This document shows, in pieces, positions 19,893-30,570 of a DNA stretch of 64,000 bases. A program made the translations under genes and the position numbers. Origin of the DNA: Acidobacteriota bacterium (lineage in GTDB: Bacteria; Acidobacteriota; Thermoanaerobaculia; Gp7-AA8); assembly GCA_019244185.1 (NCBI GenBank), contig JAFATB010000022.1, forward strand, positions 192,001-256,000, read 5' to 3'. The notes under the pieces are model-generated. The model was not told the origin of the DNA and searched no databases. It saw only the letters and a program-made list of their open reading frames with translations. Each line of letters opens with the position of its first letter. The first letter of the stretch is position 1.

Positions 19893-19998
19893 CAGGACGC
19901 GGGTTCTCCGATCGAGGACACGCGTCCTCCGTCCGCGCGAGCTAAGTTGCTGAGAACACACGCGGAATACTCTGCTGTAGCGTGGCATGTCGGCCGCA
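19893..19998 (+). promoter_or_regulatory. Putative sigma54 promoter with two phased palindromic enhancer sites and an IHF-like site
   Basis: CAGGAC-N4-GTTCTC (19893) and GAGGAC-N4-GTCCTC (19914), 21 bp apart; TAAGTTGCTGAGA (19943); TGGCATGTCGGCCGCA (19983-19998). Confidence 0.5.
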
Positions 19999-20032
19999 CT
20001 TCGGTGCGCCCGGAATCAGGAGAGGTCCCTCA

Positions 20033-22246
20033 ATGAGAAAAGCAATCTCGCTCACGCTTCTCACTCTCATCACCGCGATCGCGTTGCCGTCGCACGCCGA
20101 CGAGCGCGACCGCAACCAGTCGTTCATCTCGTTCGACGACGGCGGCACCGTCGTGAAGTCGGGCGACGACGGCCGCGAGATCGACGCGCAGCGCAACCTG
20201 CCGGTGTATCCGGGCGACGAGGTGGTGACGAGCCGCCGCGGACGCGCCGAGGTGCGACTGTCGGATGGCAACGTCCTCGGCATCGATCGCGCGACGTCGG
20301 TGCTCTTCCGCTCGATCCTCGACAGCTATGAAGGCGATGCGGACGAAACGGTCGCCGAACTGAAGTACGGCAAGATCGCCGTGCAGCGCACCGATCTCGG
20401 CCACGATCACGTGCGCCTCGATACGGAGAACGCGAGCTACGTGGCGAACAACGAGGCGATCTACTCCGTCGAGACCGACACGCGCGGCCGCGATCGCGTG
20501 ACCGTGTTCGAAGGCAACGTCGAAGTGCGCACGCCGCGCCGTTCGTCGCGCCTGCGCAACGGCGAGTCGGCGACTGTCGACAACGACGGCGTCTACGACC
20601 TCATCGGCGATCAGCGCGGTGCGGCCGACGACTTCGAGCGCTGGTTCCTCAACCGCGCCGACAAGCTCGGCTCGTACAACTCGCGTTACGTCGACCGCCG
20701 CCTCGGCTACTACACCGACGACCTCGACGAGTACGGCTCGTGGGTGAACGTGAGCGGCATCGGCTGGTCGTGGCGTCCGCACGTGGCGGTCGGCTGGCGT
20801 CCGTACTACAACGGCTACTGGTACCACAGCCGCTCCGGCTGCCTCACGTGGGTCTCGTACGATCCGTGGGGTTGGGGTCCGTATCACTACGGACGCTGGA
20901 CGCTCGACACGTCCTACGGCTGGGTTTGGGCGCCGGGCTACAGCTACTCGCCGGCGTGGGTGTACTGGGCTTACGGTCCGAGCTACATCGGCTGGGCGCC
21001 GTCGGGATACTGGGATTGCTACCGTCCGTACTATGACTGGGCGTATCGCCCGTATCGCCGCGGCGGATTCGACGCCGGCTTCTACGGCCGCATCCGTTTC
21101 AATGAAGTCGATCTGCGTCCCTGGACGTTCGTCGACTCGCGTGGCCTGACGACGAACCGCATCGACCGCGCGGCGCTGACGACGGACGTGATCCGCCAGC
21201 GCATTCGCGGCAACGAAGGCGTTGCGACGGTGAGCGGCGGCGCCGCGCGCTTCACGCGCGAGGAGTTCCGCGATCCGGCGGACGCGATTCGCCACCGCGC
21301 GCTCGAAGGCCGCGACGGACGCACCACCGGCCGCGAGACCGGCGCCGGCTCCGTCGGTCAGGCGAACGACCTCACGCCGTTCTTCCGCCGCGACGACAAT
21401 CTCTCCGGCAACCTCCGCGACCGCATCGTGCGCTCGCGCGGCAACGCGACTCCGGTCGCCGGCGGCGCGGTTGCGCCGTCGCGCGGCAACAACGGTGGCG
21501 GTCTCGCTCCGATCGGTGGCGGCAGCGTGGCGCCCATCGGCGGCGGCAGCGTCGCTCCGATCGGACGCGGTGAGACGGGCGAGCGTCCGAGCAACAGCAG
21601 CGATCCGGGCCGCATCAACCGCGGCACCTGGCGCGGCGGGAACACGACCCCTCGCGATACGACGCAGCCGGGCGATGCCCCGCGTCCGACGCGCATCGAG
21701 CGTCCGGAGCGCGGCGGCGACGGCAACATCGGCCGCGACACCGTCGGCCGCGACAACGGCAGCGGCAGCTCGTGGCGCGATCGCATTCGCGACCGCGGCA
21801 CCGACACGCCGCAGGTGACGCCGGCTCCCGACTCCGCGACGGCGCCGTCGTCCGACCGCTCGCGCGGCAGCGACTCGTGGCGCAACCGCCCGCACGACGA
21901 AGCACCGCGCGCGGGTGAGGCGCCGTCGCCGTCCTCGACGCGCGGCAGCGACGCGGGCAGCAGCGACGTGCCGCGCCGCGTCATCGACCGCATCGGCGGC
22001 GCGCGCGTGTATCCGCGCGACAGCGAAGGCAGCCGTCCGTCGCGCGACACCTCCACGCGCGAGTCCACGCCTCCGCCCTCGCGCGACCGCGGCAGCAGCA
22101 CCCGCGACAGCGGCTCGCGCGACAGCGGCAGCAGCTCGCGCGACCGCTCCAGCAGCCCGCCGCCGTCGCGCTCCAACGATAGCGTCCGGAGCAACAGCGG
22201 AAACAGCGGTCATCGCGAAAGCGGCGGCCGCATCCGCCACGACTGA
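20033..22246 (+). CDS. Secreted FecR-domain / DUF6600 (Trp/Tyr/Pro-rich) protein with disordered Arg/Ser/Gly-rich tail
   Basis: Signal peptide; FecR-like beta region; 'LDEYGSW..WRPYYNGYW..WVSYDPWGWGPYHYGRW'; SD AGGAG. Confidence 0.82.
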   Translation: MRKAISLTLLTLITAIALPSHADERDRNQSFISFDDGGTVVKSGDDGREIDAQRNLPVYPGDEVVTSRRGRAEVRLSDGNVLGIDRATSVLFRSILDSYEGDADETVAELKYGKIAVQRTDLGHDHVRLDTENASYVANNEAIYSVETDTRGRDRVTVFEGNVEVRTPRRSSRLRNGESATVDNDGVYDLIGDQRGAADDFERWFLNRADKLGSYNSRYVDRRLGYYTDDLDEYGSWVNVSGIGWSWRPHVAVGWRPYYNGYWYHSRSGCLTWVSYDPWGWGPYHYGRWTLDTSYGWVWAPGYSYSPAWVYWAYGPSYIGWAPSGYWDCYRPYYDWAYRPYRRGGFDAGFYGRIRFNEVDLRPWTFVDSRGLTTNRIDRAALTTDVIRQRIRGNEGVATVSGGAARFTREEFRDPADAIRHRALEGRDGRTTGRETGAGSVGQANDLTPFFRRDDNLSGNLRDRIVRSRGNATPVAGGAVAPSRGNNGGGLAPIGGGSVAPIGGGSVAPIGRGETGERPSNSSDPGRINRGTWRGGNTTPRDTTQPGDAPRPTRIERPERGGDGNIGRDTVGRDNGSGSSWRDRIRDRGTDTPQVTPAPDSATAPSSDRSRGSDSWRNRPHDEAPRAGEAPSPSSTRGSDAGSSDVPRRVIDRIGGARVYPRDSEGSRPSRDTSTRESTPPPSRDRGSSTRDSGSRDSGSSSRDRSSSPPPSRSNDSVRSNSGNSGHRESGGRIRHD

Positions 22247-22266
22247 TTCTGCACGTCATCGAATGC

Positions 22267-22297
22267 AAAAGGCCTCCGCGAAAGCGGGGGCCTTTTT
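22267..22297 (+). terminator. Rho-independent terminator (bidirectional form)
   Basis: aaaa-ggcctccgc-gaaa-gcgggggcc-ttttt. Confidence 0.9.
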
Positions 22298-22504
22298 CGT
22301 TCGTGCGCTCATCGACGGTTTTCTTGCCGTCGTCCCCGCGACCGGGTAGCATGCCGGGCAACTTCCCAGAAAACTACTCCGCCTTCGCCGCGCTCGCGGC
22401 AGGTATGAAGGCAACGTCCATCCGGGTGAGGCGGGAAACGACGGCATTCGTGCGGTTCCGCGTGCGTCGTCGCAATGGCTGATCGACAGCGTGAAGGAAG
22501 TCGC

Positions 22505-25500
22505 ATGAAAAAGAAGCTTGCGGTTGCAGCAACTCTCCTGGTCACTCTTCTTTGCACTTCATCGGCGCTCGCTCAGGCCACGGCCAACTACGTGTACGCG
22601 ACGAACGTCAGCGGCACGTTCACCGACATGAGCAGCGGCACCACGCAGCTCGTTCCGGCCGGTGCCGACGACGGGGCTTCCGTGTTGACGAACATCGGCT
22701 TCGACTTCGTCTTCATGGGTACGCGCTACGCGCAGTTCAGCGCGAGCTCCAACGGGTACATCCGGCTCGGCGCGGTGGTTTCGACCACGCAGTACGCGCT
22801 GGCCACCGGCGCGCTGCCTCTGATCACGGCGATGGGCTCGGACATGATCGTCAGCACGTCGGGCAAGGTCCACTACAAGGTGACCGGCGCCGCGCCGAAT
22901 CGCGTGCTCACGGTCGAATGGCTCAACGAGACCATCATCTACGACGGCGTCGGCACCAGCACGGACGGCACCTATCAGGTCCGCCTCCACGAAACCACCG
23001 GCCAGATCGAAGCTGTGTACGGCGCGATGAACCGCAACACCGGTACGGGCTTCAGCAACGCGATGAACGCGCAGTACGTCGGCTTCTCGACGACAGCCAC
23101 CGCGTTCGCGACCGTCGACTTCGGCACGAACAGCGAGAACACCAGCGGCACCGCGTTCGGCAACCAGGCCACGCTCGGCGCGCCGATCCCGAACCTCAAC
23201 ACGCCGACGGACGGCTCGCGCCGCGTCTACTCGTTCACGCCGCCGATTCCGAACCCGCCGACGGGACTCTCGTTCACCGGCGTCACGCCGATCGCGATGA
23301 CGCTCAACTGGACCGACTCCTCGAATGAGCTGAGCTATCTCGTTTATCGGTCGACCGACGGCGTGAACTACACGTTCGACGGAACCGCCGCGCTCAACGC
23401 CACGAGCTACAACGCGACCGGCCTCCTGCCCAACACGACGTACTTCTGGCAGGTCTACGCCATCAGCGAAGGCGGCATGAGCAGCCCGCTGAGCGGCAGC
23501 CAGCTGACGCCCGCTGGTGGCAACGTCAGCTCGACCGCGGCCGGCGGCCTCTGGAGCGCGCCCGCGACGTGGGCCGGCGGCGTCGTGCCGACGAGCACCG
23601 ACAACGTGACCATTGCCGACGGCGCGACCGTCACCATCGATACCGCCGCGTCCGCGCTCAGCCTCAACGTCGGCACCGGCGGCGCCGCGGCGGTTCTTCA
23701 ATACGAGACCACCACTGCGCGAACGCTGACGGTCGGCACGAACGTGCTCATCGCCAGCAACGGCACATTCCGGACTGGCGCGGCGGGCTTGGTGACGACG
23801 CACGTGCTCTCCGTCGGCATCAATCTCACGAACAACGGCGTGCTCGACTTTTCCACCAACGCGAACACCGCCGGCGCGACGATCACCTTCACCGGCCCGA
23901 ACAACACGACGTTCTCCGGCTCCGGCGCGACCACCGACATCCGTCAGATCACCGTGAGCAAGGGCACGACGGCGACGACGGTCGTCGAGATCACGACGTC
24001 GAACCTCACCGTGCAGGGCGTCACGACGGACGTCGCCGGCTGGCTGGTCTTCGGGACCGGCGGCACGTTCAAGCTCTCCGGCACGTTCGCCGGCACCAAC
24101 CGCGTCTTCACCGGCGCGTCCTACACGATCCCCACCACGGGCGCGTTCTGGCTCAACAACCCGAATTACACCGTCGCCGGACAGAACGGCTCACCCACGC
24201 TTGCCGGATTGCTGCGCATCACGCAGGGCACCTTCAACATCGGTACGGCCACCGGCAACTCGATGGGCTTCAGCGCCGGCAGCACCGTCATCATCGAAGG
24301 CGGCGCCGTCAACGCCGCCGGCCGCTTCGGAGTCGCGGCGGCCGGCAACGCGATCAACTACACGCAATCCGCAGGCACGGTGACGGTCTGCACGATCGGC
24401 AACGCCTCGGCCACGCTCGGCAGCTTCGACCTCGGCACATCTCTCAGCTCGAACATCAGTCTGAGCGGCGGCACGATCGTCGCGCAACTGGCGGCGAGCG
24501 CGATCGATTACCGCATGCAGTCGGGCGCAGGCCCCGACTCCATCACCGGCGGCACGCTGCAACTCGGCAATGCCGCTTCCGGCGCCGCGAAGACCTTCAA
24601 TCTGCGCGGCATCATGCCGGCCATCAACCTCACCACCACCAGCGCGAACCACAACGCGACGGTGAGCTCGACGGTCACCGCCGCCTTCACCTTCACTGCG
24701 GCGATGGGCAACATCACCATCGGTGGCGGCACGCTCAATCTTGGCAACACGCCCTTTATCATGTTCGGCCCGTCGCTCACCAACAACGGCACGCTCACGG
24801 CGACCGGTGGAAGCAGCCGCCTCTATTGGGCCGGCAGCGTCGCGCAGACCTACAGCGGCAGCGGTGTGACGACGGCACCGATGACGAGCTTCGAGCTCGA
24901 CAACCCTCTCGGCCTGACCCTCAGCTCGACGAACCAGGTCATCACCGGCCGCATCATCCTCTTCACCGGGAGCATCACCGGCGCCAACAAGATCACGCTC
25001 GGCAACGGCGGCGCGACGAGCGGCATCGTGCAGATCGGCAACACCACCACGCCCCTCGCCGCCGGCACGCTGGATTCCGCGCCGACCTTCAACCTCGGCA
25101 CCGGCGGCGAAATCATCTCGTATCTGCGCACCACGGCCTCGCGTTCCACCGGCTTCGAGGTGAACCCGACGCGCACACTCACCACGATGACGTACGACGA
25201 CGACAATCCGACGCATACGCTGACGATCGCCGGCGGCGATCTGACCGTCACCGGAGCGAGCAACCTCACGAACGGACGCATCGTCACCGGTGCGAACACG
25301 CTGATCGCGGGCGGAACGGTCGCGCGCACCGCCGGCTACGTCGACGGCAACCTGCGCAAGCCATTCGCCGCCGCGGGCAGCGCGACGTTCGAGCTCGGCA
25401 CCGCCAACGGCTACACGCCCGTCACCTTCAACGCCACCGCGGGCACGTTCCCGACGAACGTCACGATCGCCGCGATCCAGACCGCGGCTCCCGGCATCCA

Positions 25501-28500
25501 GCCGGCCAGTCAGGTCATCACGCGCTACTGGAACCTCACGGCCTCCGGCGTCACGGCGGACGTCACGTTCAGCTATCTCGATCCGACGGACATCCCGGTC
25601 ACGGTGCCCGAGGGCGGGATGCACGTGTTCCGTCACGAGTCGGGAAATCCGGCGGACTACTCGGATCAGGGCGGCGTCATCAACACCGCGGCGAACACGG
25701 CGACCGTCAGCGGCGTGACGTCGTTCTCCGCGTGGACGCTCGCCACGCCGGGCGCGGAGCTCTCGATCACGAAGACCGACGGCGTGACCAACGCGACGCC
25801 CGGCGGCAGCGTGACCTATACGATCACCGCTGGCAATAACGGTCCCGGCGCGAATACCTCGGCGGGCGTGACGGACACGTTCCCCGCCGGTCTCACGTGC
25901 TCGACGACCTGCACCGGCGCCTTGGGCGGCACCTGCACCGCCGGTCCGTTCGCCGGCAACATCAACGATCTCGCGAACATCCCCTCCGGCGGCACGGTCA
26001 CCTACACCTCGACGTGCACGGTCGACTCGTCGCTCACGGGCACGCTCTCCAACACCGCGAGCGTCGCTCCGGGCGCCGTCAACGACTCGTTCGCCGCCAA
26101 CAACTCCGCCACCGACAACGACGCGCTGGCGGCCAGCGCTGACTTCAGCATCACGAAGACCGACGGCGTGACCACCGCGACGCCGGGCGGCTCGGTGACG
26201 TACACGATCACGGCGAGCAACGCCGGCCCGAGCGCCGGCTCCGGCGTGACGGTCGCCGACACGTTCCCCGCGGTGCTCACCTGCACGTGGACGTGCGTCG
26301 GCGCGGGTGGCGGCACCTGCACCGCCTCGGGCTCGGGCAACCTCAACGACTCGACGAACCTGCCGGTCGGCGGCAGCGTCACCTACACCGCGTCGTGCTC
26401 GATCGCCTCTTCAGCGACCGGGACGCTCAGCAACACCGCGACCGTCGCCGCGCCGGGCGGCATCAGCGATCCGACGCCGGGCAACAACTCCGCGACCGAC
26501 AGCGACACGCTCGCGGCGAGCGCGGACCTGTCGATCACGAAGACCGACGGCGTGACGACCGCGACGCCGGGCGGTTCGGTGACGTACACGATCACCGCGA
26601 GCAACGCCGGTCCGAGCAATGCGCTGGGGTCGACGATCGCGGACACGTTCCCCGCGTCGCTCACGTGCACCTGGACCTGCGCGGGACTCGGCGGCGGCAC
26701 CTGCACCGCGTCCGGCTCCGGCAACATCAACGGCTCGGCGAACCTGCCGAGCGGCGGCAGCGTGACGTACACCGCGAGCTGCAACATCTCCGCGAGTGCG
26801 ACCGGAACGCTGAGCAACACCGCAACGGTCGCGGCGCCGGGCGGCGTCACCGACCCGACTCCGGGCAACAACTCCGCGACCGACAGCGACACGCTCGCCG
26901 CGAACGCGGACCTGTCGATCACGAAGACCGACGGCGTGACGAACGCGACGCCGGGCGGCTCGGTGACGTACACCATCACCGCGAGCAACGCCGGTCCGAG
27001 CAACGCGTCGGGCTCCACCGTCGCCGACACGTTCCCGGCATCGCTCACGTGCACGTGGACCTGCGTCGGCGCGGGCGGCGGCACGTGCACGGCGGCGGGC
27101 TCCGGCAACATCAACGACACGACGAACCTGCCGTCGGGCGGCGCCGTCACCTACACCGCGTCGTGCACAATTTCCGGTGCAGCGTCGGGAACGCTGAGCA
27201 ACACCGCGACCGTCGCCGCGCCCGCGGGCGTGACGGATTCCGCTCCGGGCAACAACTCCGCGACCGACTCCGACACGCTCGGCGCGAACGCCGATCTGTC
27301 GATCACGAAGACCGACGGCGTGACCACCGCCACGCCGGGCGGCTCGACGACGTACACGATCACCGCGAGCAATGCCGGCCCGAGCAGCGCGGCCGGCTCC
27401 ACCGTCGCCGACACGTTCCCAGCGTCGCTCACGTGCACGTGGACGTGCGTCGGTGCCGGCGGCGGCACGTGCACGGCGTCGGGTTCCGGCAACATCAACG
27501 ACTCGGCGAATCTCCCGTCGGGCGGCAGCGTCACCTACACCGCGTCCTGCACCATTTCCGGTGCAGCGAGCGGAACGCTCAGCAACACCGCCACGGTTGC
27601 CGCACCGGCCGGCGTGACGGATTCGAATCCGGGCAACAACTCCGCGACCGACAGCGACACCCTCGGCGGGACCGCGGACCTGTCCATCACGAAGACCGAC
27701 GGCGTGACGACCGCGACGGCCGGCGGCTCGGTGACGTACACAATCACCGCGAGCAACGCCGGCCCGAGCAACGCCACCGGCGCAACTGTCGCGGACACGT
27801 TCCCGGCGTCGCTCACGTGCTCATGGACGTGCGTCGGCGCGGGCGGCGGCACGTGCACGGCGTCGGGCTCCGGCAACATCAACAACAGCGTCAATCTGCC
27901 GGGCGGCGGCAGCGTCACGTACACCGCGAGCTGCACCATCTCCAGTTCCGCCACCGGGACGCTCAGCAACACCGCAACGGTGGCCGCGCCGGCCGGAATG
28001 ACGGAGTCGAACCCCGGCAACAACTCCGCGACCGACAGCGACACGCTCGTCGCGAGCGCCAACCTATCGATCACGAAGACCGACGGCGTCACCACGGCGA
28101 CGGCTGGCGGTTCGACGACGTACACCATCACCGCGAGCAACGCCGGCCCGAGCAACGCATCCGGCGCCACCGTCGCGGACACGTTCCCGGCATCGCTCAC
28201 GTGCACGTGGACGTGCGTCGGTGCCGGCGGCGGCACGTGCACCGCGTCGGGCTCCGGCAATCTCAATGACACCGTGAATCTGCCGTCCGGCGGCAGCGTG
28301 ACGTACACCGCGGCGTGCACAATTTCCGGTGCAGCGACTGGGACGCTCAGCAACACCGCAACGGTCGCCGCGCCGGGTGGCGTGACCGATCCCACGCCGG
28401 GCAACAACTCCGCGACCGACAGCGACACGCTCGGCGCGAGCGCCGACCTGTCGATCACGAAGACCGACGGCGTCACCACGGCGACAGCCGGCGGCTCGAC

Positions 28501-30478
28501 GACGTACACGATCACCGCGAGCAACGCCGGTCCGAGCAACGCATCGGGCGCGACGGTCGCGGACACGTTCCCCGCATCGCTCACGTGCACGTGGACGTGC
28601 GTGGGCGCGGGCGGCGGCACGTGCACCGCGTCGGGCTCCGGCAATCTCAACGACACCGTGAACCTGCCGAGCGGCGGCAGCGTGACGTACACCGCGGCGT
28701 GCACAATTTCCGGTGCAGCGACGGGAACGCTCAGCAACACCGCGACGGTCGCCGCCCCGGGCGGCGTGACCGATCCGACGCCGGGCAACAACTCCGCGAC
28801 CGACAGCGACACGCTCGGCGCGAGCGCCGATCTGTCGATCACCAAGACCGACGGTGTCACCACGGCGACGGCCGGCGGTTCGACGACGTACACGATCACC
28901 GCCAGCAACGCCGGCCCGAGCAACGCGACCGGCGCAACCGTCGCGGACACGTTCCCCGCTTCGCTCACGTGCACGTGGACGTGCGTGGGTGCGGGCGGCG
29001 GCACGTGCACCGCATCCGGCTCCGGCAATCTCAACGACACCGTGAACCTGCCGTCCGGCGGCAGTGTGACCTACACCGCGGCGTGCACGATTTCCGGTGC
29101 AGCCACGGGAACGCTCAGCAACACCGCCACGGTCGCCGCGCCGGGCGGCGTGACCGATCCGACGCCGGGCAACAACTCCGCGACCGACAGCGACACGCTC
29201 GGGGCGAGCGCCGATCTTTCGATCACGAAGACCGACGGCGTCACCACGGCGACGGCCGGCGGTTCGACGACCTACACGATCACCGCGAGCAACGCCGGTC
29301 CGAGCAACGCCACCGGCGCGACCGTCGCGGACACTTTCCCCGCATCGCTCACGTGCACGTGGACGTGCGCGGGACTCGCCGGCGGCACCTGCACCGCGTC
29401 CGGCTCCGGCAACATCAACGACACGGTGAACCTGCCGAGCGGCGGCAGCGTCACGTACACCGCGAGCTGCTCGATCTCCGGCAGCGCGAGCGGAACGCTG
29501 AGCAACACCGCAACGGTCGCCGCGCCGGGTGGTGTGACCGATCCAACGCCGGGCAACAACTCCGCGACCGACACCGACACGCTCGGCGCGAGCGCCGATC
29601 TGTCGATCACGAAGACCGACGGCGTCACGAGCGTCTCCGCCGGCGGCTCGACGACGTACACCATCACCGCGAGCAACGTCGGTCCGAGCAACGCGTCCGG
29701 CGCAAGCGTCGCGGACACGTTCCCCGCGTCGCTCACGTGCACGTGGACGTGCGTGGGCGCGGGCGGCGGCACGTGCACCGCGTCCGGCTCCGGCAATCTC
29801 AACGACTCGGTGAACCTGCCCAGCGGCGCGAGCGTGACGTACACCGCGGCGTGCACGATCTCCGGCTCCGCGAGCGGAACGCTCACCAACACGGCGACGA
29901 TCGCCCCGCCGGGCAGCGTGACCGATCCGACGCCGGGCAACAACTCCGCGACCGACAGCGACACGATCTCCGCGGCTGGCGGAGCGGCGGTGTCGGGCAC
30001 GAAGAGCGTGTCCGGCAGCTTCACCGCCGGCAGCAACGTGACCTACACCATCGTGCTCACGAACAACGGCAGCGGCGCGCAGGGCGACAACCCCGGGAAC
30101 GAGTTCGTCGACGTCCTCCCGCCGCAACTCACGCTCGTTTCCGCGAGCGCGTCGAGCGGCAGCGCCGTGGCCATCGTCGCCACGAACACCGTGACGTGGA
30201 ACGGCGGCATCGCCGCGGGCGGCTCGGTGACGATCACCATCACCGCGACCGTCGAGGCGAATCCCGTCGGGACGACGATCTCCAACCGCGGCACCATCAG
30301 CTACGACAGTGACGGCAACGGCACCAACGACACCACCACGCAGACCGACTCCGCCGGCGGCGGCGCGACGGTCTTCCAGGTCAGTGCCGGCGGCATCCCC
30401 GCGCTCTCGCCCCTCGGCCTCTCGCTGCTGATCGGCGCGCTCGCCGCGCTGGCCGCGGCGGTTCTCAAGCGGCAGTAA
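22505..30478 (+). CDS. Giant surface adhesin: signal peptide, FN3, G8/beta-helix-like region, 11+1 DUF11 repeats, IPTL-CTERM sorting tail
   Basis: MKKKLAV signal peptide; repeated 'ADLSITKTDG...YTITASNAGPS...NNSATDSD'; C-terminal 'IPALSPLGLSLLIGALAALAAAVLKRQ'. Confidence 0.88.
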   Translation: MKKKLAVAATLLVTLLCTSSALAQATANYVYATNVSGTFTDMSSGTTQLVPAGADDGASVLTNIGFDFVFMGTRYAQFSASSNGYIRLGAVVSTTQYALATGALPLITAMGSDMIVSTSGKVHYKVTGAAPNRVLTVEWLNETIIYDGVGTSTDGTYQVRLHETTGQIEAVYGAMNRNTGTGFSNAMNAQYVGFSTTATAFATVDFGTNSENTSGTAFGNQATLGAPIPNLNTPTDGSRRVYSFTPPIPNPPTGLSFTGVTPIAMTLNWTDSSNELSYLVYRSTDGVNYTFDGTAALNATSYNATGLLPNTTYFWQVYAISEGGMSSPLSGSQLTPAGGNVSSTAAGGLWSAPATWAGGVVPTSTDNVTIADGATVTIDTAASALSLNVGTGGAAAVLQYETTTARTLTVGTNVLIASNGTFRTGAAGLVTTHVLSVGINLTNNGVLDFSTNANTAGATITFTGPNNTTFSGSGATTDIRQITVSKGTTATTVVEITTSNLTVQGVTTDVAGWLVFGTGGTFKLSGTFAGTNRVFTGASYTIPTTGAFWLNNPNYTVAGQNGSPTLAGLLRITQGTFNIGTATGNSMGFSAGSTVIIEGGAVNAAGRFGVAAAGNAINYTQSAGTVTVCTIGNASATLGSFDLGTSLSSNISLSGGTIVAQLAASAIDYRMQSGAGPDSITGGTLQLGNAASGAAKTFNLRGIMPAINLTTTSANHNATVSSTVTAAFTFTAAMGNITIGGGTLNLGNTPFIMFGPSLTNNGTLTATGGSSRLYWAGSVAQTYSGSGVTTAPMTSFELDNPLGLTLSSTNQVITGRIILFTGSITGANKITLGNGGATSGIVQIGNTTTPLAAGTLDSAPTFNLGTGGEIISYLRTTASRSTGFEVNPTRTLTTMTYDDDNPTHTLTIAGGDLTVTGASNLTNGRIVTGANTLIAGGTVARTAGYVDGNLRKPFAAAGSATFELGTANGYTPVTFNATAGTFPTNVTIAAIQTAAPGIQPASQVITRYWNLTASGVTADVTFSYLDPTDIPVTVPEGGMHVFRHESGNPADYSDQGGVINTAANTATVSGVTSFSAWTLATPGAELSITKTDGVTNATPGGSVTYTITAGNNGPGANTSAGVTDTFPAGLTCSTTCTGALGGTCTAGPFAGNINDLANIPSGGTVTYTSTCTVDSSLTGTLSNTASVAPGAVNDSFAANNSATDNDALAASADFSITKTDGVTTATPGGSVTYTITASNAGPSAGSGVTVADTFPAVLTCTWTCVGAGGGTCTASGSGNLNDSTNLPVGGSVTYTASCSIASSATGTLSNTATVAAPGGISDPTPGNNSATDSDTLAASADLSITKTDGVTTATPGGSVTYTITASNAGPSNALGSTIADTFPASLTCTWTCAGLGGGTCTASGSGNINGSANLPSGGSVTYTASCNISASATGTLSNTATVAAPGGVTDPTPGNNSATDSDTLAANADLSITKTDGVTNATPGGSVTYTITASNAGPSNASGSTVADTFPASLTCTWTCVGAGGGTCTAAGSGNINDTTNLPSGGAVTYTASCTISGAASGTLSNTATVAAPAGVTDSAPGNNSATDSDTLGANADLSITKTDGVTTATPGGSTTYTITASNAGPSSAAGSTVADTFPASLTCTWTCVGAGGGTCTASGSGNINDSANLPSGGSVTYTASCTISGAASGTLSNTATVAAPAGVTDSNPGNNSATDSDTLGGTADLSITKTDGVTTATAGGSVTYTITASNAGPSNATGATVADTFPASLTCSWTCVGAGGGTCTASGSGNINNSVNLPGGGSVTYTASCTISSSATGTLSNTATVAAPAGMTESNPGNNSATDSDTLVASANLSITKTDGVTTATAGGSTTYTITASNAGPSNASGATVADTFPASLTCTWTCVGAGGGTCTASGSGNLNDTVNLPSGGSVTYTAACTISGAATGTLSNTATVAAPGGVTDPTPGNNSATDSDTLGASADLSITKTDGVTTATAGGSTTYTITASNAGPSNASGATVADTFPASLTCTWTCVGAGGGTCTASGSGNLNDTVNLPSGGSVTYTAACTISGAATGTLSNTATVAAPGGVTDPTPGNNSATDSDTLGASADLSITKTDGVTTATAGGSTTYTITASNAGPSNATGATVADTFPASLTCTWTCVGAGGGTCTASGSGNLNDTVNLPSGGSVTYTAACTISGAATGTLSNTATVAAPGGVTDPTPGNNSATDSDTLGASADLSITKTDGVTTATAGGSTTYTITASNAGPSNATGATVADTFPASLTCTWTCAGLAGGTCTASGSGNINDTVNLPSGGSVTYTASCSISGSASGTLSNTATVAAPGGVTDPTPGNNSATDTDTLGASADLSITKTDGVTSVSAGGSTTYTITASNVGPSNASGASVADTFPASLTCTWTCVGAGGGTCTASGSGNLNDSVNLPSGASVTYTAACTISGSASGTLTNTATIAPPGSVTDPTPGNNSATDSDTISAAGGAAVSGTKSVSGSFTAGSNVTYTIVLTNNGSGAQGDNPGNEFVDVLPPQLTLVSASASSGSAVAIVATNTVTWNGGIAAGGSVTITITATVEANPVGTTISNRGTISYDSDGNGTNDTTTQTDSAGGGATVFQVSAGGIPALSPLGLSLLIGALAALAAAVLKRQ
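25755..29980 (+). repeat. 11 tandem 384-bp (128-aa) DUF11 repeats
   Basis: Repeat anchor atcac(g/c)aagaccgacgg recurs at 25766, 26150, 26534 ... 29606 with a 384-nt period. Confidence 0.95.
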
Positions 30479-30488
30479 CCACGACTCA

Positions 30489-30516
30489 CGGCGCCCGCTC
30501 GTTCGAGCGGGCGCCG
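30489..30516 (+). terminator. 12-bp GC hairpin after the adhesin gene
   Basis: cggcgcccgctc-gttc-gagcgggcgccg; no U-tract. Confidence 0.5.
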
Positions 30517-30570
30517 CGAGCGCCGCCGCAACGGACGCGCGCGCGTCCATTCCTTTAGAATCGCGGCAAA

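Noticed and set aside
22300-22504. c-di-GMP or other riboswitch in the adhesin leader
   Set aside because: Hairpins are present, but I could not match any known aptamer consensus by eye. An Rfam scan would settle it.
25755-29980. Regular repeats as a CRISPR array or mobile element
   Set aside because: They are in-frame 384-bp coding repeats with no spacers or cas genes.
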